The notes: generated from the letters alone by a model not told the origin. A stretch of 32,000 nt of DNA from an uncultured Chloroflexia bacterium (GCA_963704755.1 OY969938.1:1050001-1082000), one strand, 5' to 3'. Positions 6,157-16,460 are shown, counted from the first letter of the stretch. A program made the numbers and translations.

Positions 6157-8361
6157 ATGTCGAACAAAGAAGAACGGGAATTGCATTGGATTTTTGATGT
6201 TGTCCGCCGTTGGTGGTTATTAATTGTTGCCTGCGCGTTAGTGCCGGCTATCCTTGCTTTTGGAATCGCATCCCTTCTGCCGCCGGTCTATGAAGCGACA
6301 GTCGTCATGATGATCGAGCCCGCCCAGGACAAGATCACCAACGAGTATAGCGCCTTGATCGCCGGTGAACAGTTGGCTGTTACCTATAGCCAGATGGTAA
6401 AAACCGATACGATCCTGCAAAAAGTGATCGATCAAATACAGTTGAACGAACAACCGGACAAACTGGCGCAAAAGATCGATGTCATTCCAATTAACAACAC
6501 CCAGCTTATCCAGATCACTGTGAAAGATTCCACGGCAGAAGGATCCGCGTTATTGGCCAACACAGTAGCTGAGGTGCTCATCGACCATATCCAATCGATG
6601 CAAGAGAAGAAATATTCCGACTCGCTCGATGGCGTCCAGGCGAAAATCAATTCCCTCACTACCGAGATCCAGGACGGCGAGAGCCGGCGGGACGCGCTAA
6701 ACGCCCAAATCATCACTCAATCTTCAGAAATAGACCGCCTGAACAATCTGCTGGAACAGGACAAAGCCAACCTGAGTAATTTGCAGCAAAATTACCACAC
6801 GCTGCAGATCAATGTGACCCAGCTCACCGATAAAGTCCATGTCGTAGCGTCTGCAGCGACCACCAAACTCTATGCTCAGCCGCTCTACCAGGCCACCACG
6901 ACCTTGCTCTTTGACCAGGAAATGATTTCCGGATCGAGTGGCTATGTCCCCGCCACCGGCACTGCCCAATTGGCGCTGACCTACGGCCCAATGCTTTCCG
7001 GGCAGCCCGTTATTCAGGAAGCGGCCGACCAGCTCGGGCTCACCGAAGATTATGCAACCCTGGCGGATAAGGTTTCCTTCGAAGCGGTTCCCGGTACCCA
7101 ACTTATCCACCTGTACGTGACCGACACCAGCGAAAAAAATGCCGCTGCCTTAGCGGATGCCATTGCCAAAACCTTCGTCAAGCAAATCCAGGCCCAGTTG
7201 GCCGAACCCTATGCCGGCCGGCTGGCGGATATCCAGTCTCAACTCGACACTTTGGAGAAAAATGTCGAGGTTGACCAGGAAAATCTCCAGGAGCCATCCC
7301 TCGCGAAGGTGAACGCCGAGACCGAACTGACCAACATCGAGGCGCAGTTGACGGACTATCGCTCCGATTTACGGTCCTACCAGCAGCAGTACGATGACTT
7401 ATTCACTGCAACGACCGCCGCATCTGACGACGCGGTCATCTCGGGTCCGGCCACCTTGCCGGACGAGCCGGTTCGGAATCGCTCATTGTTTATGGTTATC
7501 GCCGGTTCGGTCGGCCTGCTGGCAGGCATCGGCCTGGCTTTCATAATGGACAATATGAATGACCGGGTCCACACGCCTCATGACATCAGCGAAGCCGTAG
7601 GGATCCATTCAATTGCCTCGATTGGCAAAATGGAAAAAAGCCTGAACGAATTGATTATGGGCCTGCCTGAAGAAAGTCATGTCCAGGAAGACTTTCATAT
7701 GCTGGGTGCAAAATTGCGGACCATGAGCAAAGATCAGCCCCTGCACACCATCCTGGTAACCAGCCCGGCTTCTGAGGCAGGCAAATCTTTTGTCACGGCC
7801 AATCTGGCAGCCGAAATGGCCAAATCCGGGCTAAATGTGATCGCTGTGGACGCAGACCTGCGCTACCCACGGCTCCACCAGATATTTGGTCTCAGCCAGG
7901 ATGGCAGCCTGGAAACAGCCCTGGCGAAAGATGGCCCTGAACCGGATTTGCAGTCCACCCCGATCTCAGGCTTACGCGTCCTGACGAGCCAGATTTCCGG
8001 AATTAATCCCGCCGAGGTATTTTGCTCGCCCAGACTCCCCGATTTTTTTGCCAGCCTGAAGAAGAAAGCCGACCTGGTTTTGATCGATTGCCCGCCCATG
8101 CTTTCGGTCCCCGACACCATGCTGCTTTCTTCAATCGCCGACGGTATCTTATTGGTGCTCAGAGCAGACCACACCTCTACTGTTTCGATTAAAGATGCGA
8201 TTTCCAATTTGAATCAGTACACGTCCAGACTGGTTGGAGTGGTCTTAAACGATATACAAAACAACAGGGATGGATATTACAGATACGAAAGACACGTCTC
8301 AACCGGTTCAAAAGTTACTGCAATCTGGGGCCAAATAAAGTCGGCCCTAAAAACACACTGA
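6157..8361 (+). CDS. Polysaccharide co-polymerase (Wzz domain) fused to a BY-type tyrosine autokinase (Wzc/EpsAB-like)
   Basis: 734 aa. N-terminal TM followed by a Wzz-like region. Long Q/L/E-rich coiled-coil. Second TM (LFMVIAGSVGLLAGIGLAFI). P-loop kinase with Walker A TSPASEAGKS, Walker A-prime VIAVDADLR and Walker B LVLIDCPP. Tyr cluster DGYYRYE near the C-terminus. AGGGG RBS 6 nt upstream. Confidence 0.9.
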   Translation: MSNKEERELHWIFDVVRRWWLLIVACALVPAILAFGIASLLPPVYEATVVMMIEPAQDKITNEYSALIAGEQLAVTYSQMVKTDTILQKVIDQIQLNEQPDKLAQKIDVIPINNTQLIQITVKDSTAEGSALLANTVAEVLIDHIQSMQEKKYSDSLDGVQAKINSLTTEIQDGESRRDALNAQIITQSSEIDRLNNLLEQDKANLSNLQQNYHTLQINVTQLTDKVHVVASAATTKLYAQPLYQATTTLLFDQEMISGSSGYVPATGTAQLALTYGPMLSGQPVIQEAADQLGLTEDYATLADKVSFEAVPGTQLIHLYVTDTSEKNAAALADAIAKTFVKQIQAQLAEPYAGRLADIQSQLDTLEKNVEVDQENLQEPSLAKVNAETELTNIEAQLTDYRSDLRSYQQQYDDLFTATTAASDDAVISGPATLPDEPVRNRSLFMVIAGSVGLLAGIGLAFIMDNMNDRVHTPHDISEAVGIHSIASIGKMEKSLNELIMGLPEESHVQEDFHMLGAKLRTMSKDQPLHTILVTSPASEAGKSFVTANLAAEMAKSGLNVIAVDADLRYPRLHQIFGLSQDGSLETALAKDGPEPDLQSTPISGLRVLTSQISGINPAEVFCSPRLPDFFASLKKKADLVLIDCPPMLSVPDTMLLSSIADGILLVLRADHTSTVSIKDAISNLNQYTSRLVGVVLNDIQNNRDGYYRYERHVSTGSKVTAIWGQIKSALKTH

Positions 8362-8418
8362 TCCAAAGCTCTTTGGTGGTTTCGGTTCACTAAATCTAAG
8401 GCCGAGGGTTCACGCCGT

Positions 8419-9942
8419 ATGATAAGTATTCGCCGGCTCAAGCGGAACATAATCAGCAATGCCTTCGGGACCATCGTCCCGGCGCTGGCCTGGTTCTTCG
8501 TGGTTCCTGTTCTGATTCTCAAACTGGGGGATGCAGGATATGGCGTTTATACAATCGCCATCTCTTTTGCCGGTGTACTTGGATTCTTGGAGTTAGGGCT
8601 CACCTCGGCAGCCACAAAATTCGTCGCCGAAGTCGAAATCCGCAACGACCAGGACAAGCTGGAAAAAATCATTGCCAATAACCTGTCGATTTATATCGCT
8701 ATAGGAATTGTCATCAGCCTGGTTTGCCTGGAATTCGGCGGGAAAATTGCGCCCCTACTATTTCACGATACCGGCTTGAGCCAGCCCGAACTGGCTACCA
8801 TGGTCTTGTTAATGGGCCTGGTTCTTTCTTTGACCCTGATTAAAAACGCCTTCGCCTCCATTTTGATGGGGCTCCACCGCTACGATTATTACAATTTCAT
8901 TCAAATCGGTTACGCGGTTTTATTGGCCCTGGTCCAGGTATTGATTGTTACGCTGAATGGACAGGTCAATTCCCTGCTAATGGGGAACATCGGCGTGATC
9001 CTGGCCAGCCTGGTGGGCTTCGCGGTCATGATCCGGAAATTACTTCCCGGTGTGCACTTCGTTCGCCTGCCGGACGGTTATTTTCTGCGAGTCCTGTTCA
9101 CATTCGGCATGTATATGATGGTCATCAACCTGGCGGGGACCTTGCTTTTCAACCTCGATAAAGTCATCATCGGGCAGATCTTGGGCCCGACCAGTGTTTC
9201 ATATTATGCCATTCCCAGCCAGATTACCCTGAAGATCCATAATGGGCTGGCCGTTTTTGTTTCGTTTCTATTTCCCATGGCCTCCGAAGTCCAGTCGAGC
9301 GGTGACAAGGCCACGATGAGGAATATATTCTTACAAGGGATGCGCTTCATCGCATTGTTGGATGGCGCCGTCATGGTTTTCCTGGCCGTTTTTGCCCAAA
9401 AAATATTGCAGGTCTGGATCAGCCCGGATTTTGCCGCCCAATCCTCATTATTGCTGGTCATTACGGCCATCGGGTACATTATCTATTCCCTCAGCATCAC
9501 GCCTTATCACATATTGCTGGGAATGGGCCGCCCGCGCGCGTTGGCCATTATGAACACCACTATCACCTTGGGCGTCATCGCCGGCCTCTATTTTGGGTTA
9601 ATCTGGTTTGGCCTGGTCGGCGGCTGTGTGGGTGTGGCGATCGGTTTTTGTACTGCCGCGATCTTGCCGGCCTTCGTACAACGCAAGCTGGAAATTTCCT
9701 GGGCCACCATTTTCAAAGAGAGCTACGGCCGCACGCTAATTTGCACGCTGGGAGCAGCCTTGCTCAGCGCGTTTCTGCCCGCCGCCCTGGTCATCCGGCT
9801 GATGTATTTTGCCGTTTTTGTAGTGGTGTTAATTTTCTTCGGAAATACACGCCTTGAGGATTGGCGTTTCTTTCAAAACCAGTGGCAACGCCTGGTCACC
9901 CAAATCGTGATTATGAGGAAACAGATTGCTCACCGAAACTAA
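8419..9942 (+). CDS. wzx: Polysaccharide flippase, MOP superfamily (Wzx-like)
   Basis: 507-aa ORF that is hydrophobic throughout, with about 12-14 predicted helices. The composition and operon position match Wzx-type oligosaccharide-unit flippases. Confidence 0.8.
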   Translation: MISIRRLKRNIISNAFGTIVPALAWFFVVPVLILKLGDAGYGVYTIAISFAGVLGFLELGLTSAATKFVAEVEIRNDQDKLEKIIANNLSIYIAIGIVISLVCLEFGGKIAPLLFHDTGLSQPELATMVLLMGLVLSLTLIKNAFASILMGLHRYDYYNFIQIGYAVLLALVQVLIVTLNGQVNSLLMGNIGVILASLVGFAVMIRKLLPGVHFVRLPDGYFLRVLFTFGMYMMVINLAGTLLFNLDKVIIGQILGPTSVSYYAIPSQITLKIHNGLAVFVSFLFPMASEVQSSGDKATMRNIFLQGMRFIALLDGAVMVFLAVFAQKILQVWISPDFAAQSSLLLVITAIGYIIYSLSITPYHILLGMGRPRALAIMNTTITLGVIAGLYFGLIWFGLVGGCVGVAIGFCTAAILPAFVQRKLEISWATIFKESYGRTLICTLGAALLSAFLPAALVIRLMYFAVFVVVLIFFGNTRLEDWRFFQNQWQRLVTQIVIMRKQIAHRN

Positions 9943-11413
9943 GGCATCCCCCGGCCAAAATCTACCGCACCTGTTCGCGGGACAGGCCGTTTCTTCGAGC
10001 GAAGGCTCCTCGAGGCTTTCCGCCACCCCGAAACTTGTGCTGTGGGGATTTTATGCGTGCCTCATGACCGCCCCATTCTTCGGCTTCTCCTTGCTGAACG
10101 CGACCGGTCGGGGCATTTTACGCATCGATTGGATCGCGGCCGTATTCTTTGTTGGGGTCGCTTTCGCCAGTTTTCTGCTAGGCCGGCTGGCTATCCGGCG
10201 CAGCCCGGTCAACCTGCCGGTGTGGTTATTTGCTTATTCGGCCGTCTTCAGTATATTCGGCCTGCTTACCCAAACAGTCGGGATCGACCAATTGATCGAT
10301 TTCTCTACGAAAGCAGCCCAGCTTTTCCTGGCTTTGCCATTTTTCTTCGCGATCTCGAGTTTGAAATTATCCGAAATGGGGCTGAAACGGACCTTGCGGC
10401 TATGGGTGACCATGGCCGTGGTCGTCTCGATATTTGCCCTCTACCAGGTCTTTGCCATCCCGTTTCACTTACCTTTTGCTCAATTAACTTATAACAACCT
10501 GTCTGTGACTTATCAAGGCGGCCAGGCGCGCACGATCGAGGGCTTCGGGCAGGTCTCGAGCTTTTTCCGCGAACCCAGCTACCTGGGCGCTTATTTGCTC
10601 CCGACCGTCATCTTGATGATTGTGTTTTCCCTGAAAAGCCAGGGGAACCTGGCCTTTTTCCGTTCCCGCATCCTGAACTGGGGAATCCTGGCCATCATCG
10701 GGGCGGCCTTATTGTTGACCAATTCCCAGGCCGCTTACCTATCGCTGGCGGCCGCCATCCTGGCAATGCTTCTGGTGCCCCAGGTCGGCCGGTTTCGGCT
10801 GATCCGCTTCCTGTTCATCATGGCCGGGCTGGCCCTGCTGGGTGGTTTTGCGCTTTCTCTGTTCGGGATCGATTTCTTTAGCGCTATTCTCTTGCGCTTC
10901 AAATACCTGATCATCAACATGCTCCATCCATCCCAAACCCTCGAAGTAACCTCTTTCCGGGTGCGGACCGAGTGCATGATAGCTGCCTTCCAGGTCTGGA
11001 CCCGCAGCCCGCTGATCGGGGTTGGGCTGAATAACATGTCTCACCTGACCAACGTTTGCGAATTTTCCCTCGGTTGGAGCCAGCTCCTGGTCGATCAGGG
11101 GCTCCTGGGGTTTACGCTGATGCTGGTCATTTTTGCAGTATTAATCCGCAACCTGTACAAATTAGCCGTCCATCCAGGCTTGCAGCCGTTCTGGTCCACC
11201 CTTTGCCTGGCAATGATATTCATTCTGGTCGGTGAGATGGTCGATGGGTTTTTTACCTACAACTGGGTGGACTTGCAGCGCTGGATTAATCTGGGTATAG
11301 CCAATCTCGTCTTGATCCTGGCCAAATCCCATTTGGCCGATGAGCAAACCGAATCCCTGCAAACCGGACCGGACTTTACCGAACGGCCCGGCTTAGAAAA
11401 GAGGCTACCATAG
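9926..11413 (+). CDS. wzy: O-antigen ligase/polymerase family membrane protein (Wzy-like)
   Basis: Polytopic protein with a larger loop and a Wzy_C-like segment (LLLTNSQAAYLSLAAAILAML). The start is uncertain. The track uses TTG 9926, which overlaps the wzx stop. GTG 10037 and ATG 10064 are in-frame alternatives. Confidence 0.72.
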   Translation: MLTETKASPGQNLPHLFAGQAVSSSEGSSRLSATPKLVLWGFYACLMTAPFFGFSLLNATGRGILRIDWIAAVFFVGVAFASFLLGRLAIRRSPVNLPVWLFAYSAVFSIFGLLTQTVGIDQLIDFSTKAAQLFLALPFFFAISSLKLSEMGLKRTLRLWVTMAVVVSIFALYQVFAIPFHLPFAQLTYNNLSVTYQGGQARTIEGFGQVSSFFREPSYLGAYLLPTVILMIVFSLKSQGNLAFFRSRILNWGILAIIGAALLLTNSQAAYLSLAAAILAMLLVPQVGRFRLIRFLFIMAGLALLGGFALSLFGIDFFSAILLRFKYLIINMLHPSQTLEVTSFRVRTECMIAAFQVWTRSPLIGVGLNNMSHLTNVCEFSLGWSQLLVDQGLLGFTLMLVIFAVLIRNLYKLAVHPGLQPFWSTLCLAMIFILVGEMVDGFFTYNWVDLQRWINLGIANLVLILAKSHLADEQTESLQTGPDFTERPGLEKRLP

Positions 11414-11421
11414 ACATCCTG

Positions 11422-12690
11422 ATGCTCTCCGGCGCTTACCCTATCCCCGCAAATAATGGGGCTAAGAGAAGGATTCTGGCTACAGCCCAGCAACTTTCTC
11501 GCAATAATCATATAAACCTCGTCTCATTTGCCGAACCTGATGCCAGTCCAGTTGAAAAACAAGAACCGGTTAACAATGAGCAATGGAACAATTTTTTGGT
11601 GGAATTTCCCTGTGTTCCTCGTTGGAGGACTGCCATAAGATCCTGCCTTTCCAATGACTCTTATGGCATGACCAAATACATGGATCCAAATTTTGCCAGG
11701 GCCGTAACACGCCAGTTGCAGGAGAAACAATTTGACGCAATCTGGCTGCATACTTTCAATATGGTGCCTTACCTGGAACAATGCATCCGGTTTTATCGCG
11801 GTCGACACGACCACCCGCTGTACGTTCTCGACCAGCACAATGTGGACGAACTCTATTTTGGCAGTTTCATCAAGTGCAAGAATCCGATAATCTCCACTTT
11901 TGCGTTCCTCGAGGTTCGCAAGAACCGGATTTTGCAAAAGCGCTGGTTCCCCCGCTTTGACGTCATTTACAGCGTCGCGGCGGAAGACCAGCAAATGACC
12001 AAAAGCTACGTAAGTAATGATGTCAATGTCTGGCTGGCGCCCAATGGAGTGGACATCGAATATTTCAAGCCCGTGGAGATCCGTTCGGATACCCGGCCGA
12101 TGCCAATTGTCGTTTTTGGCGCGTCCCTGGATGTGACCATGAACCAGGATGCGGTCCAGTGGTTTGTCAACTCAACCTGGCCAATGGTTCGTGAAAAAGT
12201 ACGCAACGCCCAATTCTGGATCGTCGGCAGAAATCCGCCGGCGTTTATCCAGAGCATGCACGGAAAGGAGGGAATAACCGTCACCGGCACGGTACCCGAT
12301 GTACGTGATTTTTACCGTCACGCAGATGTATTCGTGGTTCCAGTACGGTACGGCGGTGGAACAAAACTAAAGACTTTGGAAGGCATGGCCATGGGATTAC
12401 CCGTGGTAAGTTCATCGGTCGGCGCGCAAGGATTGGACATCGAGGCTGGAAAACACATCCTGGTTTGTGATGACCCAGCTGGATTTGCCGCCGACATTAT
12501 TGATCTTCTTGCAGATCGTAAGAAAGCCCTGCAGATGGGCCGTGAAGCCCGTCGCCTGGTTGAAAACCGTTATAGCTGGGAAAGCATCGTAGGAAAAATG
12601 GATTTGCAATTAAAAGATCTTTGTTCACGAAAGAAGGTCTTGAATGTCAAATCTATCCAGGTCGAACGACCCAGGCAGCCGGGGTTCTGA
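11422..12690 (+). CDS. Glycosyltransferase family 4 (GT-B fold)
   Basis: The N-terminus LSGAYPIPANNGAKRR and the C-terminal domain motif GGGTKLKTLEGMAMGLPVVSSSVGAQGL (E-x7-E type) are typical of GT4. Confidence 0.88.
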   Translation: MLSGAYPIPANNGAKRRILATAQQLSRNNHINLVSFAEPDASPVEKQEPVNNEQWNNFLVEFPCVPRWRTAIRSCLSNDSYGMTKYMDPNFARAVTRQLQEKQFDAIWLHTFNMVPYLEQCIRFYRGRHDHPLYVLDQHNVDELYFGSFIKCKNPIISTFAFLEVRKNRILQKRWFPRFDVIYSVAAEDQQMTKSYVSNDVNVWLAPNGVDIEYFKPVEIRSDTRPMPIVVFGASLDVTMNQDAVQWFVNSTWPMVREKVRNAQFWIVGRNPPAFIQSMHGKEGITVTGTVPDVRDFYRHADVFVVPVRYGGGTKLKTLEGMAMGLPVVSSSVGAQGLDIEAGKHILVCDDPAGFAADIIDLLADRKKALQMGREARRLVENRYSWESIVGKMDLQLKDLCSRKKVLNVKSIQVERPRQPGF

Positions 12691-13984
12691 AACCACCACA
12701 AAATATCCACTCATCGCGAGCCTTGGGATTATTCATTTCCGCTGGTTGTTGATTTTAGGGCTGGCATTAATCGTTACTTTTGCCCTGGCCCTGATCTATC
12801 GAGCCAATGTCCCCGCCAGTATTGCCAACGCCCTCAAATTAGCCCCGGAAAGCCAGGTTGCGCCTGCCTCGATGAGCGATGACAGCGCCATGATTAAGTT
12901 ACATGGACAGAATTTCATCCCCATCGGGCTTTATGACGTGCCCTCCACCGCATTTCAGGAGGTCAAAGAGCGCGGGTTCAACACCGTTCAACTCTATTAT
13001 GATACGCAGACGCTGGCCGAAGCAGAAGATTACCTGCAGAAGGCCGGGGATGCCGGGCTCAGGGTCATCCAAAATATGCCGCGTGCCTCCCTTTCTGCCG
13101 GTGATGACTTCTGGATTCAATGGGTGAGCGAACTTTCGAAATACGATTCATTGTTGTGGTGGTATTTGCCGGAAGAGCCAACCCTGCATGGCGACAGCCA
13201 TGCCGATTTGGAGCGTCTTTATACCATCGTGCACCAGTACGACCCGCAGCATCGCCCGGTTGCGACTTACTTTGGCATATTCGGCCCATTGGATGAGTGG
13301 TGTGACACAGTCGATATCATCTTCGTCGGCTGCTACCCGGAATACTCCAATGAACCGCGTGCCTGTATGAAAGCCTACATCGATGAAGCGCGCCGGTCCT
13401 GCCCAAACAAGTCCTTCGTCGGCGTACCTGCCTTTTTTGACAGCGCCGAATTTGGTCAACCGGCAGGCTATCCTTCCCCTCAAGAAGCTCGTTTTGATGC
13501 CTATACCGCCTTGATCGATGGAACTTATGGAGTCAACTGGTTCTCCTATCAAGCCGGGGTAGGCCTGCCCGATCTTTATCAAGGCATCACCCAAATCGCT
13601 GCAGAGTTGAATCAACTAAAACCGGCGCTCATTTCACCCTATGCTTACCAAACCATTGGGGTATCGATCATTGCCGGGCCGCTAAAAAGCCCGATTACCC
13701 AATCGGGAGACATCTACGATTCGATCCAAATCTTGCAGAAACAAACTTCATCGAATTCGTATCTGTTTGCGAGCAACATGGCGACCGATATGGTCACCGC
13801 AAAATTCACCGGCCTGCCCTGGAGTATCACATCCATTGAAGTAATGTTCGAAAACCGCACCATTCCGGTTAAATATGGGGTTTTCCGGGACAGTTTCGAT
13901 GCCTACGGCGTCCATGTTTACCGCTTGCTCTCCGATACGGCTTATCCCCCTCCCTGCCCTACCGATATTAAACCCTACCCGTAA
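12644..13984 (+). CDS. Membrane-anchored protein, putative TIM-barrel glycoside-hydrolase-like enzyme
   Basis: N-terminal TM anchor (FRWLLILGLALIVTFALALIY) followed by GFNTVQLYYD, WWYLPEEP and VGCYPEY segments reminiscent of clan GH-A beta-strand motifs. AAGAAGG RBS 6 nt upstream of ATG 12644. The gene overlaps the preceding GT4 by 47 nt. The family assignment is tentative. Confidence 0.5.
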   Translation: MSNLSRSNDPGSRGSETTTKYPLIASLGIIHFRWLLILGLALIVTFALALIYRANVPASIANALKLAPESQVAPASMSDDSAMIKLHGQNFIPIGLYDVPSTAFQEVKERGFNTVQLYYDTQTLAEAEDYLQKAGDAGLRVIQNMPRASLSAGDDFWIQWVSELSKYDSLLWWYLPEEPTLHGDSHADLERLYTIVHQYDPQHRPVATYFGIFGPLDEWCDTVDIIFVGCYPEYSNEPRACMKAYIDEARRSCPNKSFVGVPAFFDSAEFGQPAGYPSPQEARFDAYTALIDGTYGVNWFSYQAGVGLPDLYQGITQIAAELNQLKPALISPYAYQTIGVSIIAGPLKSPITQSGDIYDSIQILQKQTSSNSYLFASNMATDMVTAKFTGLPWSITSIEVMFENRTIPVKYGVFRDSFDAYGVHVYRLLSDTAYPPPCPTDIKPYP

Positions 13985-14002
13985 AAGGACTTGAATTGTT
14001 TT

Positions 14003-15268
14003 ATGGGAAAAAACCCCAATAATCACCATACTCGCCCAGTCCGTGTTCTGGTTCTCACACCCTTTTATGCGCCCGATTTCGGGCCATCTGCACCGATTTT
14101 TACCGCCCTGTGTGAAGACCTGCAACACAATGGCTGCCAGGTAACCGTCGTGGCCGGTATTCCTCATTACGGCAATGCCCGTAAGTTATACCCTTACCCC
14201 CGGCGGCTGTTCGCTCGCGAAGTAATAAACGGGGTACGTATACTCAGAATATTTGTCTTTGACGTTCCGAAAAGCTCACTTTCCCGCAGGCTGCTCTATC
14301 ATGCTTTCTTCAACCTTTTCTCGACCATCGCGGCGCTGTTCGCTGGCCGCTCTGACGTGATATTGGCCGACGCGCCTTCCTTATGGAGCGGCTTGCCCTT
14401 GCTCACCCAAGCGATCATCCCCGGAAAACCGTATATCTACATCATTCACGATATCTATCCGGAAGTACTGGTCAAATTGCAGGTGCTTCACAACCAACGC
14501 ATGATTAAGTTCATCGACCAAATCGAAGGATTTTTCTATCGTCATGCGTCGCAAATATCTGTACTTTCGGATGGATTTAAGAAAAATTTACTTGAGAAGG
14601 GAGTACCCGAAAGGAAAATAGCCGTTATCCCGGTTTGCGTCGATGCTGATTTCGTCCAGCCGATGGATTGTGATCCGGGCCTATGCCAGGAATGGGACCT
14701 GGAAAGTAAATACGTCGTTTTGTATGCCGGCAACATGGGCCTTTCCCAGGGACTGGAAAATGTGGTCGAGGCGGCTCGCCAATTGACCCGGTTCCCGGAT
14801 ATTGCGCTTGTCCTGGTCGGTGAAGGCGCCAGCAAACCAGGATTACAAAAACTGGTGAGCCAGTATGGCCTGGCGAACATCCATTTTTACCCCTTCCAAC
14901 CGCGCGAGAAAGTTCCCCAGATCTATTCTCTCGCGCACGTCTGCCTGGTTTCACTCAATCCGAGTATTGTGACCGAATCGGTTCCGTCCAAGACCTTCAC
15001 CATCATGGCTGCCTGCCGGCCCATCATTGCCACGGTCGACCCTAACACCGAGGTTGGCCGGCTCTTGGATGTGGCGGGCTGCGGACTGCGTGTGGATCCC
15101 GAAAAACCCAACTCGCTCGCCGAAGCCGTGATCCGCTTATACCATGACCGCGACCTGGGCGAAAAAATGGGAAAATTGGGCCGCAATTTCGTCGTTTCCC
15201 ATTTTTCCAGAGGGGTAGCCTCGGAATATTATCATCACCTCATCCTCCAATGTACGGACGGAAGATAA
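14003..15268 (+). CDS. Glycosyltransferase family 4, WcaI/WbuB-like
   Basis: VRVLVLTPFYAPDFGPSAPIFTALCEDLQHNGCQVTVVAGIPHY and ESVPSKTFTIMAACRPIIA match the WcaI/WbuB-type pattern. The start is either ATG 14003 or TTG 13991. Confidence 0.88.
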   Translation: MGKNPNNHHTRPVRVLVLTPFYAPDFGPSAPIFTALCEDLQHNGCQVTVVAGIPHYGNARKLYPYPRRLFAREVINGVRILRIFVFDVPKSSLSRRLLYHAFFNLFSTIAALFAGRSDVILADAPSLWSGLPLLTQAIIPGKPYIYIIHDIYPEVLVKLQVLHNQRMIKFIDQIEGFFYRHASQISVLSDGFKKNLLEKGVPERKIAVIPVCVDADFVQPMDCDPGLCQEWDLESKYVVLYAGNMGLSQGLENVVEAARQLTRFPDIALVLVGEGASKPGLQKLVSQYGLANIHFYPFQPREKVPQIYSLAHVCLVSLNPSIVTESVPSKTFTIMAACRPIIATVDPNTEVGRLLDVAGCGLRVDPEKPNSLAEAVIRLYHDRDLGEKMGKLGRNFVVSHFSRGVASEYYHHLILQCTDGR

Positions 15269-15269
15269 T

Positions 15270-16460
15270 ATGATTCCCAGATACGGCCCCACCTACACCT
15301 ATTCCGATTTGGTGAAGAGTTATCGCCTGGCCGGCCAGGCGGATGTCGCAGCCCAACTTTGTGACCGCCTGTCTGAGCTATACCAGGTCAAACACGTGTT
15401 TTTGCTGGAGAGCGCCCGGGTGGGTCTATACACCATTTTAAAAGCCTATGACCGCCCCGGTGAAGTCATCATGCCGGCCTATAACTGCATCGTCGTCCCA
15501 GAGGCAGTCGATTTTGCCGGGTATACGCCAGTTTTTGCGGACATTGATTACCCATCGCTCAGCATGAACCTGGATACGCTGCGTGCCGTCGTTTCTCCAC
15601 GAACGACCGCGCTGCTGGCCACCCATTTGTTCGGAATTCCATGCCAATTGGATGAATTGGTCGACTACGGCCACCGGCAGAACATGCTGGTCATTGAAGA
15701 CGCCGCGCCTGCTTTAGGCGCTCGATTCGACGGTCACATAACCGGCAATTTTGGCGACGCAGCCATCCTGAGCTTCCAGTCAGCCAAGGTGATTGCTGCC
15801 GAAAGCGGGGGCGCCTTGCTCACCAATCGAGACGACCTGGCCGCAAAGGTCAAGAATGTCCTGGAGCATGCGGCCATGCCGGGTGGAAATTTGCGTCTGA
15901 TGGCTCAGGCCTTTGCTCGAAAATTTATCACCGCCCCGCAAATCTATCCATCCACCAAAATGGCTTACCGGCTGTTGAAATCGGAGCCTATGTATGAAAT
16001 TGTCTCACCTCTGCGAAAAGAACCGGCAGAGTTCTTAAGATATTGCTCGAATTTTTCCTGCGCGCTGGTTCTGACCCAGATCGAAAAACTGGGATCGAAC
16101 CTGAGCCGCAGAAGGCACCTGGCCGAAATATACATTCACCGCTTGGCAAACAATAACGGCATAAAAAAGGTGCAATATCCGGCCGGAAGCGCTCCGGCCT
16201 GGATTCAATATCCGATACTCACCAATGAAAAAAGTAATCTGTATCAATATATGCAACACAGCCAGGTGGACCTGAGTTGGACCTATCGCTATTCATGCGC
16301 TGAAAGTTATAAATCCCAAAAATGTCCCATTGCTTACAAGGCGGCCAATACGGTCCTCGGGCTGCCGACCTACCCGTCATTGAAAGATGAACAGGCCGAA
16401 TACATTTGTCAGCTTGTCAACTCATATGGTGGGGAGTTCGAGAGTGACGAGAGGGTATGA
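15270..16460 (+). CDS. DegT/DnrJ/EryC1/StrS-family PLP-dependent aminotransferase (sugar aminotransferase-like)
   Basis: 396 aa. Contains PAYNCIVVPEAV, IEDAAPALGA and the PLP-lysine region LSFQSAKVIAAESGGALL. It starts 1 nt after the GT4 stop. Confidence 0.82.
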   Translation: MIPRYGPTYTYSDLVKSYRLAGQADVAAQLCDRLSELYQVKHVFLLESARVGLYTILKAYDRPGEVIMPAYNCIVVPEAVDFAGYTPVFADIDYPSLSMNLDTLRAVVSPRTTALLATHLFGIPCQLDELVDYGHRQNMLVIEDAAPALGARFDGHITGNFGDAAILSFQSAKVIAAESGGALLTNRDDLAAKVKNVLEHAAMPGGNLRLMAQAFARKFITAPQIYPSTKMAYRLLKSEPMYEIVSPLRKEPAEFLRYCSNFSCALVLTQIEKLGSNLSRRRHLAEIYIHRLANNNGIKKVQYPAGSAPAWIQYPILTNEKSNLYQYMQHSQVDLSWTYRYSCAESYKSQKCPIAYKAANTVLGLPTYPSLKDEQAEYICQLVNSYGGEFESDERV

